A program made the position numbers and the translations under genes. A stretch of 64,000 nt of DNA from Seleniivibrio woodruffii (lineage in GTDB: Bacteria; Chrysiogenota; Deferribacteres; Deferribacterales; Geovibrionaceae), in the NCBI RefSeq assembly GCF_029267515.1, contig NZ_JAJUIS010000009.1:41747-105746 (forward strand), read 5' to 3'. How positions within the stretch are numbered: the stretch's first letter is position 1; each line of letters starts with the position of its first letter. The notes under the pieces are model-generated. The model was not told the origin of the DNA, did no database searches, and was given only the letters and a program-made list of their open reading frames with translations. This document shows, one piece after another, positions 53,408 through 63,608 of the stretch.

Positions 53408-55019
53408 CCGGCGTTACCCCCTGAAAATCATAGGGTTTGCGGGAGGTGTCCGGCTCCTTGTCAAAGTTGAGCAGAGGCGGCGGAGTAGGTATCGTCCATT
53501 CAAGTGTAGCGGCACCCCACGGATTGCGCCCTTTCAGCTTTTCTCCTTTCGTAAAGCCCCTGATGAGGTTTACAAGCATTATGATAACACCCACGGCAAG
53601 AATCCACGAACCGACGGTGGATATCACATGTCCTTCCTGATACTGAGGCAGATAGTCGTAATAACGTCTTGGCATCCCCTCAAGCCCGATGATGAACAGC
53701 GGGAAATAGAGGAGGTTGAAACCTATGAACAGAATATAGAAGGCTACCTTCGCCACCGTTTTGTTGTACATCCTGCCGTAATATTTCGGCAGCCAGTAAT
53801 GCGCCGCGGCGAACATACCGAAGCCTGTTCCGCCAAAGATAACATAGTGGAAGTGGCTTACCACAAAATATGTGTCGTGTACATGGATGTCAGTGCCAGC
53901 GGAACCGAGGATAAGCCCCGTAAGACCGCCCACGGAGAACAGGAAGATGAAGCCCAGTGCATAAAGCAGAGGCGGATCGACGGTTATGGAACCTTTGTAA
54001 AGGGTCGCCGTCCAGTTGAACACCTTAATAGCCGATGGGATGGCGACAACAAATGTAAGCAGCGAGAAGATAAGCACCGCCGTGTCGCTCATGCCTGATG
54101 TGAACATATGGTGCGCCCACACCAGCGAGCCTGCAAAGGCTATCATAAGGCTGGAAAAGGCTATAGTCTTATACCCGAAAATAGGTTTGCGGGCAAAAAC
54201 GGGGATAATGTCGGAAACAACACCCATGGCGGGAAGAATCATGATGTACACCGCGGGGTGGGAGTATATCCAGAAAAGGTGCTGATAAAGGATGGGATCA
54301 CCGCCCTTGTTCGGATCGAAAAGCCCGACGCCAAGCACCCTTTCAGCAAATATCAGAAGAACCGTTATACCAAGCACAGGGGTTGCAAGCACCTGAATCC
54401 AGCCCGTCGCATATAACGACCATGTGAAAAGAGGAATCTTCGTCCATGTCATGCCCGGAGCGCGCAGCCTGTGGATGGTTGTAATGAAGTTAAGTCCGGT
54501 TAGTATTGATGAAAAACCAAGGATGAACACCGCAATAACAGCCACGGAGACGTTGGTTGTGGTGAACTCCGAAAAAGGCACATAGAAGGTCCAGCCGGTA
54601 TCCGGTGCGCCGCCCCCTGTAAACAGGGACACAAGCGCCAGTATGGTTCCGCCTATGTACAGATACCAAGAAAACAGGTTGAGACGCGGAAACGCCACAT
54701 CCTCCGCCCCAAGCTGTATGGGCAGCACCAGATTGCCGATAGCGGCGGGGATGCTGGGGATAACCACGATGAAAATCATGATAACCCCGTGCAGAGTGAA
54801 TACGGTGTTGTAAGTCTGCGCGTCCATTATTGTTCTGCCCGGCGCAATAAGCTCAAGGCGTATCGCAAGCCCAAGGCACAATCCGGCGATGAACATCGCC
54901 AGAATAACATACATATACATAAGCCCGATGCGCTTATGGTCGGTTGTTGTCAGCCACGCCATAATACCTGTGCGGCCGTTTCCCGAATCCTCCCAGAATG
55001 AAAGAGAGTTACTGCTCAT
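53400..55019 (-). CDS. coxA: Cytochrome c oxidase subunit I (haem-copper oxidase, A-type)
   Basis: Start set at MSSNSLSFW (ATG 55019). TTDHKRIG, WAHHMFTSGM and 12 TM segments. Confidence 0.93.
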   Translation of the reverse strand: MSSNSLSFWEDSGNGRTGIMAWLTTTDHKRIGLMYMYVILAMFIAGLCLGLAIRLELIAPGRTIMDAQTYNTVFTLHGVIMIFIVVIPSIPAAIGNLVLPIQLGAEDVAFPRLNLFSWYLYIGGTILALVSLFTGGGAPDTGWTFYVPFSEFTTTNVSVAVIAVFILGFSSILTGLNFITTIHRLRAPGMTWTKIPLFTWSLYATGWIQVLATPVLGITVLLIFAERVLGVGLFDPNKGGDPILYQHLFWIYSHPAVYIMILPAMGVVSDIIPVFARKPIFGYKTIAFSSLMIAFAGSLVWAHHMFTSGMSDTAVLIFSLLTFVVAIPSAIKVFNWTATLYKGSITVDPPLLYALGFIFLFSVGGLTGLILGSAGTDIHVHDTYFVVSHFHYVIFGGTGFGMFAAAHYWLPKYYGRMYNKTVAKVAFYILFIGFNLLYFPLFIIGLEGMPRRYYDYLPQYQEGHVISTVGSWILAVGVIIMLVNLIRGFTKGEKLKGRNPWGAATLEWTIPTPPPLLNFDKEPDTSRKPYDFQGVTPDE

Positions 55020-55917
55020 CCGAACCTCGCTTTTTTCTCTTTTTTCCGCCAAAGAACAGATACGAAGCAAACATTGCTATAACCAAAAGTACCACTATGC
55101 CGGAAACCTTCATAACGTCGAAAACGTATTTTTTGCCCTGCGGGTCATAGCTGAAACAATATGCAACCAGCTTTTTCACCGACAGACCGGGGGTTTCCTT
55201 CTCCGCTTCCACAACCGCCATGGTCATTTCGAAAGGCAGAATGTCCGTTCCGTAGAGATACCTGACTATCTTTCCGCTCTTTGAAACTGATATGACAGCA
55301 ACAGGGTGGAGAAAGTCCCTGTCTTTCCGCTGGAAACGGAAGCCTAGTGCGTTCATGAGTTTGTCTATATTCTCTTTTGAACCTGTCAGAAATATCCAGC
55401 CGCTGTCCGGCACAGTTCCGCCGGCTGCCTTCATGTAGTTGACCTTCTTTTCAGCGGCTGTTTCAGGAGTATCGAACTCGTCGAAGCTGACGGAAACAAC
55501 CTGAAATGTTTCGCCCGCCTTCATCTTAACCTGCGGGATGATATCAGCAAGCCGTGACTGCAGAAAGTTGCACACGTTGGGACAGCTATAGTAAACAGGA
55601 GCGAAAAGCGTAGGTTTGTCTACTATGTCTTTCAGCGTGACTGTTCTGCCGTCAGAGGTCTGAAACTCAAGGTCAAGCGGTATAACGGAGCCGAGATGCT
55701 CCGTAACACCTACATTCGCCTTCTCCTGTGGTGCCGGATCTTTGTGCACATGCTCGTGCGCGGGTTGCGCATTATCTTCTGCGGGCGCATCCTCATGGTG
55801 CATATGCTCCATAGTTTTTTCGCCGTCCGCGGCAAAAACCGGACGGACAGCGACCAAACCTGCAAGACATACTATCGCCAGAAAGATACCCGCAAACCTT
55901 AAAGTTTGCTTTATCAT
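55009..55917 (-). CDS. SCO1/SenC-family copper chaperone with a His-rich N-region and C-terminal TM
   Basis: Thioredoxin-like core with YYSCPNVC, a His-rich stretch MEHMHHED...HEHVHKD and a C-terminal helix. Overlaps the coxA start by 11 nt. Confidence 0.85.
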   Translation of the reverse strand: MIKQTLRFAGIFLAIVCLAGLVAVRPVFAADGEKTMEHMHHEDAPAEDNAQPAHEHVHKDPAPQEKANVGVTEHLGSVIPLDLEFQTSDGRTVTLKDIVDKPTLFAPVYYSCPNVCNFLQSRLADIIPQVKMKAGETFQVVSVSFDEFDTPETAAEKKVNYMKAAGGTVPDSGWIFLTGSKENIDKLMNALGFRFQRKDRDFLHPVAVISVSKSGKIVRYLYGTDILPFEMTMAVVEAEKETPGLSVKKLVAYCFSYDPQGKKYVFDVMKVSGIVVLLVIAMFASYLFFGGKKRKKRGSDEQ

Positions 55918-55921
55918 AGGC

Positions 55922-56224
55922 TTATTTCAGTTTTGAGATGTAATCAGCCAGAGCTTTGATCTCTTCGGGGTTCAGCTTTACCACCTGAGCTTTCATAACG
56001 GCTTTCTTCGCTCCGCCGCCTGTGCCCGCCTGATAGGCAATGAGATCAGCTTCAATATCTTTAGCCGGCTGACCTTTGATAACTTCGCTCACTCCAAGAG
56101 CTTTTTTGGAACCATCGGGACCGTGGCAGCCTTTACATTTAGCATAAAGAGCTGCGCCGTCCGCAGCGGCAATGGCTGTTGAAACTGCGGTGAGAAATAC
56201 AATAAATCCGATTGTCTTTTTCAT
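55922..56224 (-). CDS. Monohaem class I cytochrome c (c553-like)
   Basis: Signal peptide, CKGCHG and a distal Met (AVMKAQ); 100 aa. First gene of the oxidase operon. Confidence 0.85.
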   Translation of the reverse strand: MKKTIGFIVFLTAVSTAIAAADGAALYAKCKGCHGPDGSKKALGVSEVIKGQPAKDIEADLIAYQAGTGGGAKKAVMKAQVVKLNPEEIKALADYISKLK

Positions 56225-56309
56225 GGTTATTTACCTCGCTAACAAAATAGGAGACGTAATTAATTTTATATTTTAAAACGCCATACGTCAAATAAACATT
56301 GTAAAGGCG

Positions 56310-56945
56310 CTATTCAATTTGTTTATTCAGTCTGTAAAGTACCGCCTCAGTTATCTCGAAACTGCGGCAGTCAATCTTCATTTCCTTCATAGCGTCCGCA
56401 AGACCTATAAAAGCTGAATCGTATATGCTTTTGTGTGTGATGTTCATGGGAATAAAGGCGTTCTCCTCGCACACGGACATTGTCATCGCACGGCGGCAGG
56501 CTTCGGAGTCAGCACTTGTGACCGAACGACAGACAAGGGGACGAACGGAGTGAATGAGACATTCGCCCTCGCTGCCCAGAAATCCGCAGGGAATGTTAGC
56601 AACGATGCGCTCCTGCTCGTCATACCCGGCGATATGCACTTTTATATAGCGCAGCTTTGATTTAAGAGTTTCCAGACTTTCCTCAGAGAGGGATGATAAA
56701 AGATATTCCGCAATGCTGTCCGCCTCAAGGCACAGAACGGGAACGTGGACACGGCAGCAATGGCTGCACCCTCTGCGGCACTGCATATGGGACGCTTCCT
56801 GTCCGGAAATGTCCTTTGCAGCCCTCTGCTGTGCCAGTAAATGTATCCTCTTCATAGTTTCCGCCGGGCTTTCACCCGCTTTTACGGATCCGATGACGGA
56901 CAAGTAAACTGTTTCGTGGAAGTCATATATTCTTATGCCTGCCAT
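56310..56945 (-). CDS. YkgJ-family (CxxCxxCC) Zn/Fe-chelating cysteine-cluster protein
   Basis: CRRGCSHCCR motif plus downstream Cys residues (CGFL...C...C). Confidence 0.7.
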   Translation of the reverse strand: MAGIRIYDFHETVYLSVIGSVKAGESPAETMKRIHLLAQQRAAKDISGQEASHMQCRRGCSHCCRVHVPVLCLEADSIAEYLLSSLSEESLETLKSKLRYIKVHIAGYDEQERIVANIPCGFLGSEGECLIHSVRPLVCRSVTSADSEACRRAMTMSVCEENAFIPMNITHKSIYDSAFIGLADAMKEMKIDCRSFEITEAVLYRLNKQIE

Positions 56946-57051
56946 GAAATGATTATAACACAGTCAACTATACATATACAAGATTGATAGTAAAGAAATT
57001 TAGCCCATATAACGATATGAACGCAGGATTAAATTATTAACCCAGAATTAA

Positions 57052-58614
57052 CTATGCGTCCTGCTCCGCAGACTCTTCATCCGCGAGGTTTTTTGGAACG
57101 CAAACACGGAAAAGAGAGCCTTTGTTCTGCTCTGATTCTATCTCAAGTCTGCCTCTGTGTCCCTCCATGATTCGTGAGATTATGGAAAGTCCCAGCCCAG
57201 TTCCGGAAAACTCGCGTTTAACATTGGTTGCCCTGTAAAAGCGTTTTGTGACCTTTTCAATTTCATCCGCAGGAATTCCCACGCCGGAATCCTCAACCTC
57301 TATAACGTTGTATTCGCCGAGGTCTTTCAGTCTTACTTTGATGAATCCTCCTCCGCGGCTGAACTTAACTGCGTTTGATATCAGGTTTGCAAAGACGTGA
57401 CGGAACGATTCCGCATCTGCATAAACAACTGCCTCGTCTGAAATCTCCGATTCAAAACTGATGTTTTTATCGGCTATCTCCTTTTCATATTCCGCTGCAA
57501 TCTCGGAAACCAGCCTGCCGATGTTCAGCGGCATAAAGTGATAAGGATACTGATTACTGTCCAGACGGGACAGCGTGATTATCTCGCTGAACAGAGTGTT
57601 CAGCAGTCTCGCGCTTCTTGCTATTGTTGTAAGCGACTTCTCTTTCACATCCGGCGAACAGTCCAGCCCCTGTGCAACGAGCAGTTCGGAATAGGAAATT
57701 ATCTTCGTCAGCGGCGTGCGCAATTCGTGGGCAAGTGAATCAAGGATATCGGATTTAAAACTGTTTATGGTTTTCAGTTCGTCGTTTCTGGTCTGCAAAA
57801 CACCGAGAACAGTTTTATACTGCTCTGTGACACGGGCAAGCTGTTCTTTGAGTCTGTCCTCATTCTCAAGGATACTGTGCCGCATCATCTCAAACGCTTC
57901 CGAAAGCTCCTGAATTTCGTCTCCGGTCTTTATAGTAAGTTTTTTTGTGAAATCTCCGGTCTTGTATGAACCCGCCGCATCTGTCAGGGTTGAAAGGTTT
58001 TTAAGAACTGTCATGCGGAGAAGCAGCGTAAGGGTGAGCACAATACCAAAAAACGCGGCGAATCCGGTTATAAGATAGTTCCTGTTGTTCACCGCCATTG
58101 CTTTTTCCAGCGCCTTCATGGGGATAGTTACAGATATCCCGCCGCGCAGGTCGCCGATCCTGTATCCCTGATAGTCGTGGCACTCCATGCACGCCTTATT
58201 GACATAGAGCGGTGCCATGTAACGGTAAAAACGTTCTTCTCCGAGGGTGATTATCTCCTGATGCTCTTTCGCTCCCTGAGCGAAAAGCCCAAGTGCACGC
58301 ACTTCGTATTCGTCCGGAGCGTTTTCCGGGTTGATAAGCTGCATACTGGTGATGTGAAAACGGAAATCCGTCATACGCGCAGCATAGGTGGATAGCTGTT
58401 TAGTGGCAACTGCCGGAACAGGCTTTATCTGATCGCGGTTTTCCGCAACCCACTGGCGAGTGACAACTATCATGTCGAACATGGTCTTCGCCTGTGTATG
58501 CGCCTGCTGAAGCAGTATTTTTTTCTGACTCTCCATGAACACGTTAATCATGGCAAGGATTATGACGATGGTCACCAGTGTTATGCTGATAATCAGCTTA
58601 ACCGTGAGTCTCAT
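57052..58614 (-). CDS. Sensor histidine kinase with a DUF3365-like c-type haem sensor domain
   Basis: TM, extracytoplasmic domain with CMECH, TM, HAMP, H-box LAHELRTPLT and an ATPase domain (DSGVGIP, GTGLGLSI). Confidence 0.85.
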   Translation of the reverse strand: MRLTVKLIISITLVTIVIILAMINVFMESQKKILLQQAHTQAKTMFDMIVVTRQWVAENRDQIKPVPAVATKQLSTYAARMTDFRFHITSMQLINPENAPDEYEVRALGLFAQGAKEHQEIITLGEERFYRYMAPLYVNKACMECHDYQGYRIGDLRGGISVTIPMKALEKAMAVNNRNYLITGFAAFFGIVLTLTLLLRMTVLKNLSTLTDAAGSYKTGDFTKKLTIKTGDEIQELSEAFEMMRHSILENEDRLKEQLARVTEQYKTVLGVLQTRNDELKTINSFKSDILDSLAHELRTPLTKIISYSELLVAQGLDCSPDVKEKSLTTIARSARLLNTLFSEIITLSRLDSNQYPYHFMPLNIGRLVSEIAAEYEKEIADKNISFESEISDEAVVYADAESFRHVFANLISNAVKFSRGGGFIKVRLKDLGEYNVIEVEDSGVGIPADEIEKVTKRFYRATNVKREFSGTGLGLSIISRIMEGHRGRLEIESEQNKGSLFRVCVPKNLADEESAEQDA

Positions 58615-59306
58615 TTTTTGATCTTGTAGCCAACGCCTGAAACGGTCTTGATGATATCCGGGTTTTTCGGGTTTATCTCAACCTTCTGGCGCAGGTTTTT
58701 GATGTGTACGTCGAGGCTTCGTGACCACGAGTATATAGAGTTTTTACCCCAGATGTCGTTCACTATGGTATCGCGGGAGAGTACCTGTCCTGCCTTCTCT
58801 ATAAAATATACCAGAATGTCGTATTCTTTCGGGGTAAGGCTGATTTTTTCACCTCTTATAAACACCTGCCTGTTGGCTCTGTCTATGTGCATATGATGAA
58901 AAACAGTGTCTTCGCTGTCATCCCCTTGAACAGGACCGGTCTTTTCCGCACGGCGCAATATTGCCTTTACGCGGGCGATAAGTTCAATATTCTCAAACGG
59001 TTTTGTCATATAATCGTCCGCACCGTATTCAAGGCAGACAACCTTGTCGGAAACGTTGTCGCGGGCGGAGAGTATGAGAATAGGCACGTCCAGCTCGCTT
59101 CTGATAATTTTACATATCTGCTGACCGTCAATATCCGGCAGGTTGAGATCAAGAATTATCATGGCAGGGTTGTTCTCTCTGGCAAGAAACAGACCGGTTA
59201 TACCGTTCTGAGCTGTAAGTACATTGTATTTTTCGAGATTGAGAAGTAATTTAAGAATATCAAGAATTTCCTGATCGTCGTCAATAACCAGAATAGTCGT
59301 ACTCAT
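58611..59306 (-). CDS. OmpR/PhoB-family response regulator
   Basis: Receiver domain (ILVIDDD...ILDLNLPDIDG) plus a winged-helix output domain (...IKTVSGVGYKIKK). 4-nt overlap with the kinase gene. Confidence 0.92.
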   Translation of the reverse strand: MSTTILVIDDDQEILDILKLLLNLEKYNVLTAQNGITGLFLARENNPAMIILDLNLPDIDGQQICKIIRSELDVPILILSARDNVSDKVVCLEYGADDYMTKPFENIELIARVKAILRRAEKTGPVQGDDSEDTVFHHMHIDRANRQVFIRGEKISLTPKEYDILVYFIEKAGQVLSRDTIVNDIWGKNSIYSWSRSLDVHIKNLRQKVEINPKNPDIIKTVSGVGYKIKK

Positions 59307-59377
59307 CAGTCACCCTGCGCAAAAAAATTAAGAGCATTAATTTATAATCTTAACATTCTTTCATGAAAAATGCAAAG

Positions 59378-59417
59378 TTCTCCGCACAAACAGATGAAAA
59401 ACTGTCCGTGCGGAGAA
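59378..59417 (-). terminator. Hairpin terminator after the Cache-type MCP gene
   Basis: Perfect 10-bp inverted repeat TTCTCCGCAC / GTGCGGAGAA with a 20-nt loop, 5 nt after the MCP stop. On the minus strand it is followed by CUUUGCAUUUUU. Confidence 0.6.
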
Positions 59418-59421
59418 TAAA

Positions 59422-61107
59422 TTAGCCTCTGGTTTTGAACTTACTCACCATGATATGAAGGTCGTCCGCCTGCTTCTGGAGGTCGGCAACGGTTGTAGTT
59501 ACCTGCGCCAGAGCGTTCGAGCTTTCGTCGATACCGGAAGAAATAACCTGCGCATTGTCGTTTATGTTGGCAATGGCTGTCACCTGCTCCTGAATGGAAC
59601 TGTTAATCGTCTGGTTTGTAGCGTTAATGTTCCCGACAGATTCAACTATCTGCTCAAAAACGTTTTCTGTGTTTTCAATAGCCTTTGCGCCTGAAACGAC
59701 TTTATTGGTCGCCTCCTGCATGTCGCTGGTGGCTGTTTTCGTTTCGTTCTGAAGGCTTACAATGATGTTCTCTATCTCTTTTGTGGCGCTCTGGGTGCGT
59801 TCCGCCAGTTTACGAACCTCGTCGGCAACAACTGCGAAACCGCGCCCGTGTTCACCGGCTCTTGCCGCTTCGATGGCGGCATTGAGAGCAAGAAGGTTTG
59901 TCTGGTCTGCGATATCGTTAATAACGTTTGTAATGTTACCTATTTCAGAAGACGAGTTCGCAAGGCTGTCTATGGTTCTGCCCAGCTTTTCTACCTTTTC
60001 CCTGATTCCCATCACCTCTGAAACAGAGCTTAAAAGCTGTTCCTTTCCGCTTCTTGTGAGTTTTTCTGCGTTCGCAGCCTGATCGTTCGCCTCGCCTATG
60101 GACTGCATAACCTGTTGGGAAGTTACGCTTATCTCCTCTGTTGCGCTGGCAACGGAAGTGACCTGACTTGCCTGATCCTGAAACGTAACCGTAAGCTCCT
60201 CTGTTGTGCTCGCAAGCTCTGTGCTGGCAGAGGCAACGTTTTCGGAGCCCTCTTTAACTATGGATATGATCTCGTTAAGTTTCCCTATAAATTTATTGAA
60301 ATGCTGAGCCATTTCACCCATTTCATCCTTTGAAAGAACTGGCAGATCGCGGGTGAGGTCGCCCTCGCCTTCAGACACTTCTTTAAGAAACTGGTTGATA
60401 GCTTTAATACTTTTTGTAAGCACGCTTGAAAGGAAGAATGCCACTATTACTATGCCTGCGGTGATGAAAGCGGACATACCCATTATTATGAAAATGGTTT
60501 TTCTGATAACGGAGTTAAGGTGTGCCTCTTTTGCGTTAACAGCGTCCTGAATATCGTCAACATAGAAGCCGGTACCCATTACCCAGCCCCACTTTTTAAG
60601 TGCTACCGCGTAGCTGAGTTTTTCCACTTCAGTATTTTTTGAAGCCTTGAACCACTGATAGCTGACATATCCGCCGCCCTTGTCCGCTGCGGCGATGAGC
60701 TCTTTGAATATGTATACGCCGTTCTTATCCTTCATCTCTATGAGATTCTTTCCGACAACCTCCGGCTTTGCTCTGTTCGCAAGGGCGATACCGTCATGGT
60801 CATTAAGAAAGATATAGCCGTCGGCGCCGTAATTAAGTTCCTGAATTTTTGCGGCAGCCTTCGCCTTCGCTTCCTCATCGTCAGCGGAAGCGTTGTCGTA
60901 TATATCTTTAATGGACGATATTGACAGATCTATGTACTGTTTCAGTTCCTGCTCTTTCGCAGTGCGCATACTCTCTCTGAAATCAGCGATCTCCGATTCC
61001 CCTATCTTTTTCAGCTGATAATAGGTGAATATACTGAGGAACAGTGCTGTAAGAAGTACGGGAACAACTGCCATCAAAGCAATTTTGTATCTTATAGAAA
61101 GACTCAT
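59422..61107 (-). CDS. Methyl-accepting chemotaxis protein with a Cache-type (sCache_2-like) sensor
   Basis: Start set at [11 protein letters not shown]. Periplasmic block [19 protein letters not shown]...GGGYVSYQW...[17 protein letters not shown] and the conserved MCP tip. Confidence 0.88.
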   Translation of the reverse strand: MSLSIRYKIALMAVVPVLLTALFLSIFTYYQLKKIGESEIADFRESMRTAKEQELKQYIDLSISSIKDIYDNASADDEEAKAKAAAKIQELNYGADGYIFLNDHDGIALANRAKPEVVGKNLIEMKDKNGVYIFKELIAAADKGGGYVSYQWFKASKNTEVEKLSYAVALKKWGWVMGTGFYVDDIQDAVNAKEAHLNSVIRKTIFIIMGMSAFITAGIVIVAFFLSSVLTKSIKAINQFLKEVSEGEGDLTRDLPVLSKDEMGEMAQHFNKFIGKLNEIISIVKEGSENVASASTELASTTEELTVTFQDQASQVTSVASATEEISVTSQQVMQSIGEANDQAANAEKLTRSGKEQLLSSVSEVMGIREKVEKLGRTIDSLANSSSEIGNITNVINDIADQTNLLALNAAIEAARAGEHGRGFAVVADEVRKLAERTQSATKEIENIIVSLQNETKTATSDMQEATNKVVSGAKAIENTENVFEQIVESVGNINATNQTINSSIQEQVTAIANINDNAQVISSGIDESSNALAQVTTTVADLQKQADDLHIMVSKFKTRG

Positions 61108-61215
61108 TGTGCCTCCGGAAAACAAATAATTAGTTGTGTTTATTCTGACAATTGTTACTTTTTATTCACTAAATTTCAAGCAAAATTACTATCCGCTTGA
61201 AATAACCGTTCTTTT

Positions 61216-62409
61216 ATGTTCAATAGAAGCATGAAGACAATAATACTTAAAAAGTTCAAAGACAAACTGGCAAGAAATAAAAATCCGTGGATATTTTCCG
61301 GTGCTGTTCATTCCGCTGAAAAAGGAATAGTCAACGGCGAAGCGGTGAAGGTTCTTGATTCTGACAAGCGCTTCGTGGCCTACGGATTTTACAGTGAACA
61401 CAGCGCAATAGCCCTCAGACTCTTTTCATGGGACGAAGAGGAAACATTTGGTGCGGATATCTTCAGAAAAAGACTTTCATGCGCTCTAGCAGCCAGAAAA
61501 CGCCTGATAGATGCCGGCAGAACAGACAGCTTCCGACTGCTTTACGGCGAAGCGGACGGACTGCCCGGCTACGTTGCCGACATATACAACGGTCATATCA
61601 GCCTGCAGGTGAACACAGCTTCGGCTGTGCACTATCTGCCAATGATGAAAGACGCACTCATTGATACTGTCAGCCCGCTTTCCATATACGCACGCCCCGC
61701 TGACGAGCTGGCAAAGAAAGAGATGATACGCTGGCAGGAGCAGTGCATCCACGGAGAAACGCCCGACAGCATAATAATAAAAGAGAACGGACTGAAAATT
61801 TCAGCAAGCCTGAAAAGCGGCCAGAAAACCGGATACTATTTCGACCAGAGGGAAAACAGGCGTATAGCCGCAGAGTATGCAGAGGGTCAGGACGTTCTGG
61901 ACTGTTTCTGCTACACAGGCGGGTTTTCACTGAACGCCGCCGCAAAAGGCGCAAAACACATAACAAGCGTGGACTCCTCCGCGGACGCCCTTGCAAACCT
62001 GAAAGAAAATTTCAGACTGAACGGATTTGACACGCCGGAAACCGTTAAAGCAGACATTTTTGATTATCTCCGCGAAAGAAACGCGGATTCTGTAAAACAT
62101 GACATGGTCATCCTGGACCCGCCAAAGCTGGCAAAGTCGCAATCCGCTGTGGAACAGGCTTTGCGCGCATATAAAGACCTGAACATGCTGGGACTGAAAA
62201 AGGTGAAAAACAACGGAATATTCTTCTCTTTTTCATGCTCAGGCAGGGTTTCAAGGGAAGATTTCATAAAATCCATAGCATGGGCTGCAAAAGACGCCGG
62301 AAGAACCCTCAGAATAACAGGTTTTCTCTCGCAGAGCGGCGACCACCCGATAAACCCTTTTTTCCCTGAATCAGAATATCTTAAAGGCATTACAGGCATA
62401 GTTGAATAG
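61216..62409 (+). CDS. Second RlmI-like class I SAM-dependent rRNA methyltransferase
   Basis: NPWIFSGAV, DGLPGYVADIY, YYFDQRENR and VLDCFCYTGGFS parallel the paralogue at 29978. The start may be ATG 61231 (MKTIILKK). Confidence 0.8.
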   Translation: MFNRSMKTIILKKFKDKLARNKNPWIFSGAVHSAEKGIVNGEAVKVLDSDKRFVAYGFYSEHSAIALRLFSWDEEETFGADIFRKRLSCALAARKRLIDAGRTDSFRLLYGEADGLPGYVADIYNGHISLQVNTASAVHYLPMMKDALIDTVSPLSIYARPADELAKKEMIRWQEQCIHGETPDSIIIKENGLKISASLKSGQKTGYYFDQRENRRIAAEYAEGQDVLDCFCYTGGFSLNAAAKGAKHITSVDSSADALANLKENFRLNGFDTPETVKADIFDYLRERNADSVKHDMVILDPPKLAKSQSAVEQALRAYKDLNMLGLKKVKNNGIFFSFSCSGRVSREDFIKSIAWAAKDAGRTLRITGFLSQSGDHPINPFFPESEYLKGITGIVE

Positions 62410-62513
62410 CCCCTTTGTCATAATTTTGTGATTTATTGTTTTTCCGGTCAGTTTTTTATAGACTGCCGCACATTATTTGTATTATAAGTACAGATTATTT
62501 TTTTCGGTGGATA

Positions 62514-63608
62514 ATGAGCAGCGCAAACGACATAGTGAGACTGGAAAGCATTTCAAAATCATTCGGCGGACACGGGGTTGTACACAACCTCGATCTCTGC
62601 ATAAAAGACGGCGAGTTCGTAACCCTTCTGGGACCCTCAGGCTGCGGAAAAACTACACTTCTGCGCATCATAGCCGGTCTTGAAACTCAGGACTACGGCA
62701 GGGTATTCATAGGCGGCAAAGATGTAAGCATTATTCCGCCCAACAAGCGCGAGGTGAACACTGTTTTCCAAAGCTATGCCCTGTTCCCCCACATGACGGT
62801 ATACGACAACGTGGCTTTCGGACTGAAAATGAGCAAAGTTCCGAAAGACGAGATAAAAGAACGCGTTAAAGAGGCGCTGGATACGGTTATGCTTGGAAAC
62901 TTTGCAGACCGTATGCCCCAGAATCTTTCGGGCGGTCAGCAGCAGAGGGTTGCAATAGCAAGGGCGATTGTCAAACGCCCCAAAGTGCTCCTTCTGGACG
63001 AGCCGCTCTCCGCACTGGACTTCAAACTCCGCAAACAGATGCAGACAGAGCTGAAACACATTCAGCGCAAGCTGGGAATAACCTTTGTTTTCGTAACCCA
63101 CGATCAGGAGGAGGCTCTCTCCATGTCTGACCGGGTTGTGGTCATGAACGAAGGGGTCATCCAGCAGGACGGGTCGCCCAAAGAGGTCTACGAAAACCCT
63201 AAAAACATGTTTGTTGCAAAGTTTGTGGGTGAGATAAACGTTCTGCAGGCTGTCATAGAAAAGACCATTAACGGTAAACTGCGCGCCAACGTTGAAGGCA
63301 GGCAGTGCCGCCTTACCAAAAAACACACATACGTCGAGGGCGACAGCGTAAAGCTGCTTCTGCGCCCGGAGGACATCCGTCTGGAACATATTAAAGACGC
63401 GGACAGCGACTATCCGCTTCAGGGCATAATAGAAGAGACCACATACAAAGGCGCGACGCTGGATTCCATCGTGCGTCTGGACAGCGGAACGGTTATCATG
63501 GCGAGCGAATTTTTCGATGAGGACGACCCCGAATTTGAATATAAAACAGGTGAAAAGGTCGCCGTTAAATGGGTTGACGGCTGGGAGGTACTGCTTCCCG
63601 ATGACTGA
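62514..63608 (+). CDS. potA: Spermidine/putrescine ABC transporter ATPase
   Basis: Start set at MSSANDIVRLE. Walker A GPSGCGKTT, LSGGQQQRVAIARA, Walker B LLLDEPLSALD and a C-terminal TOBE-like domain. Confidence 0.92.
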   Translation: MSSANDIVRLESISKSFGGHGVVHNLDLCIKDGEFVTLLGPSGCGKTTLLRIIAGLETQDYGRVFIGGKDVSIIPPNKREVNTVFQSYALFPHMTVYDNVAFGLKMSKVPKDEIKERVKEALDTVMLGNFADRMPQNLSGGQQQRVAIARAIVKRPKVLLLDEPLSALDFKLRKQMQTELKHIQRKLGITFVFVTHDQEEALSMSDRVVVMNEGVIQQDGSPKEVYENPKNMFVAKFVGEINVLQAVIEKTINGKLRANVEGRQCRLTKKHTYVEGDSVKLLLRPEDIRLEHIKDADSDYPLQGIIEETTYKGATLDSIVRLDSGTVIMASEFFDEDDPEFEYKTGEKVAVKWVDGWEVLLPDD

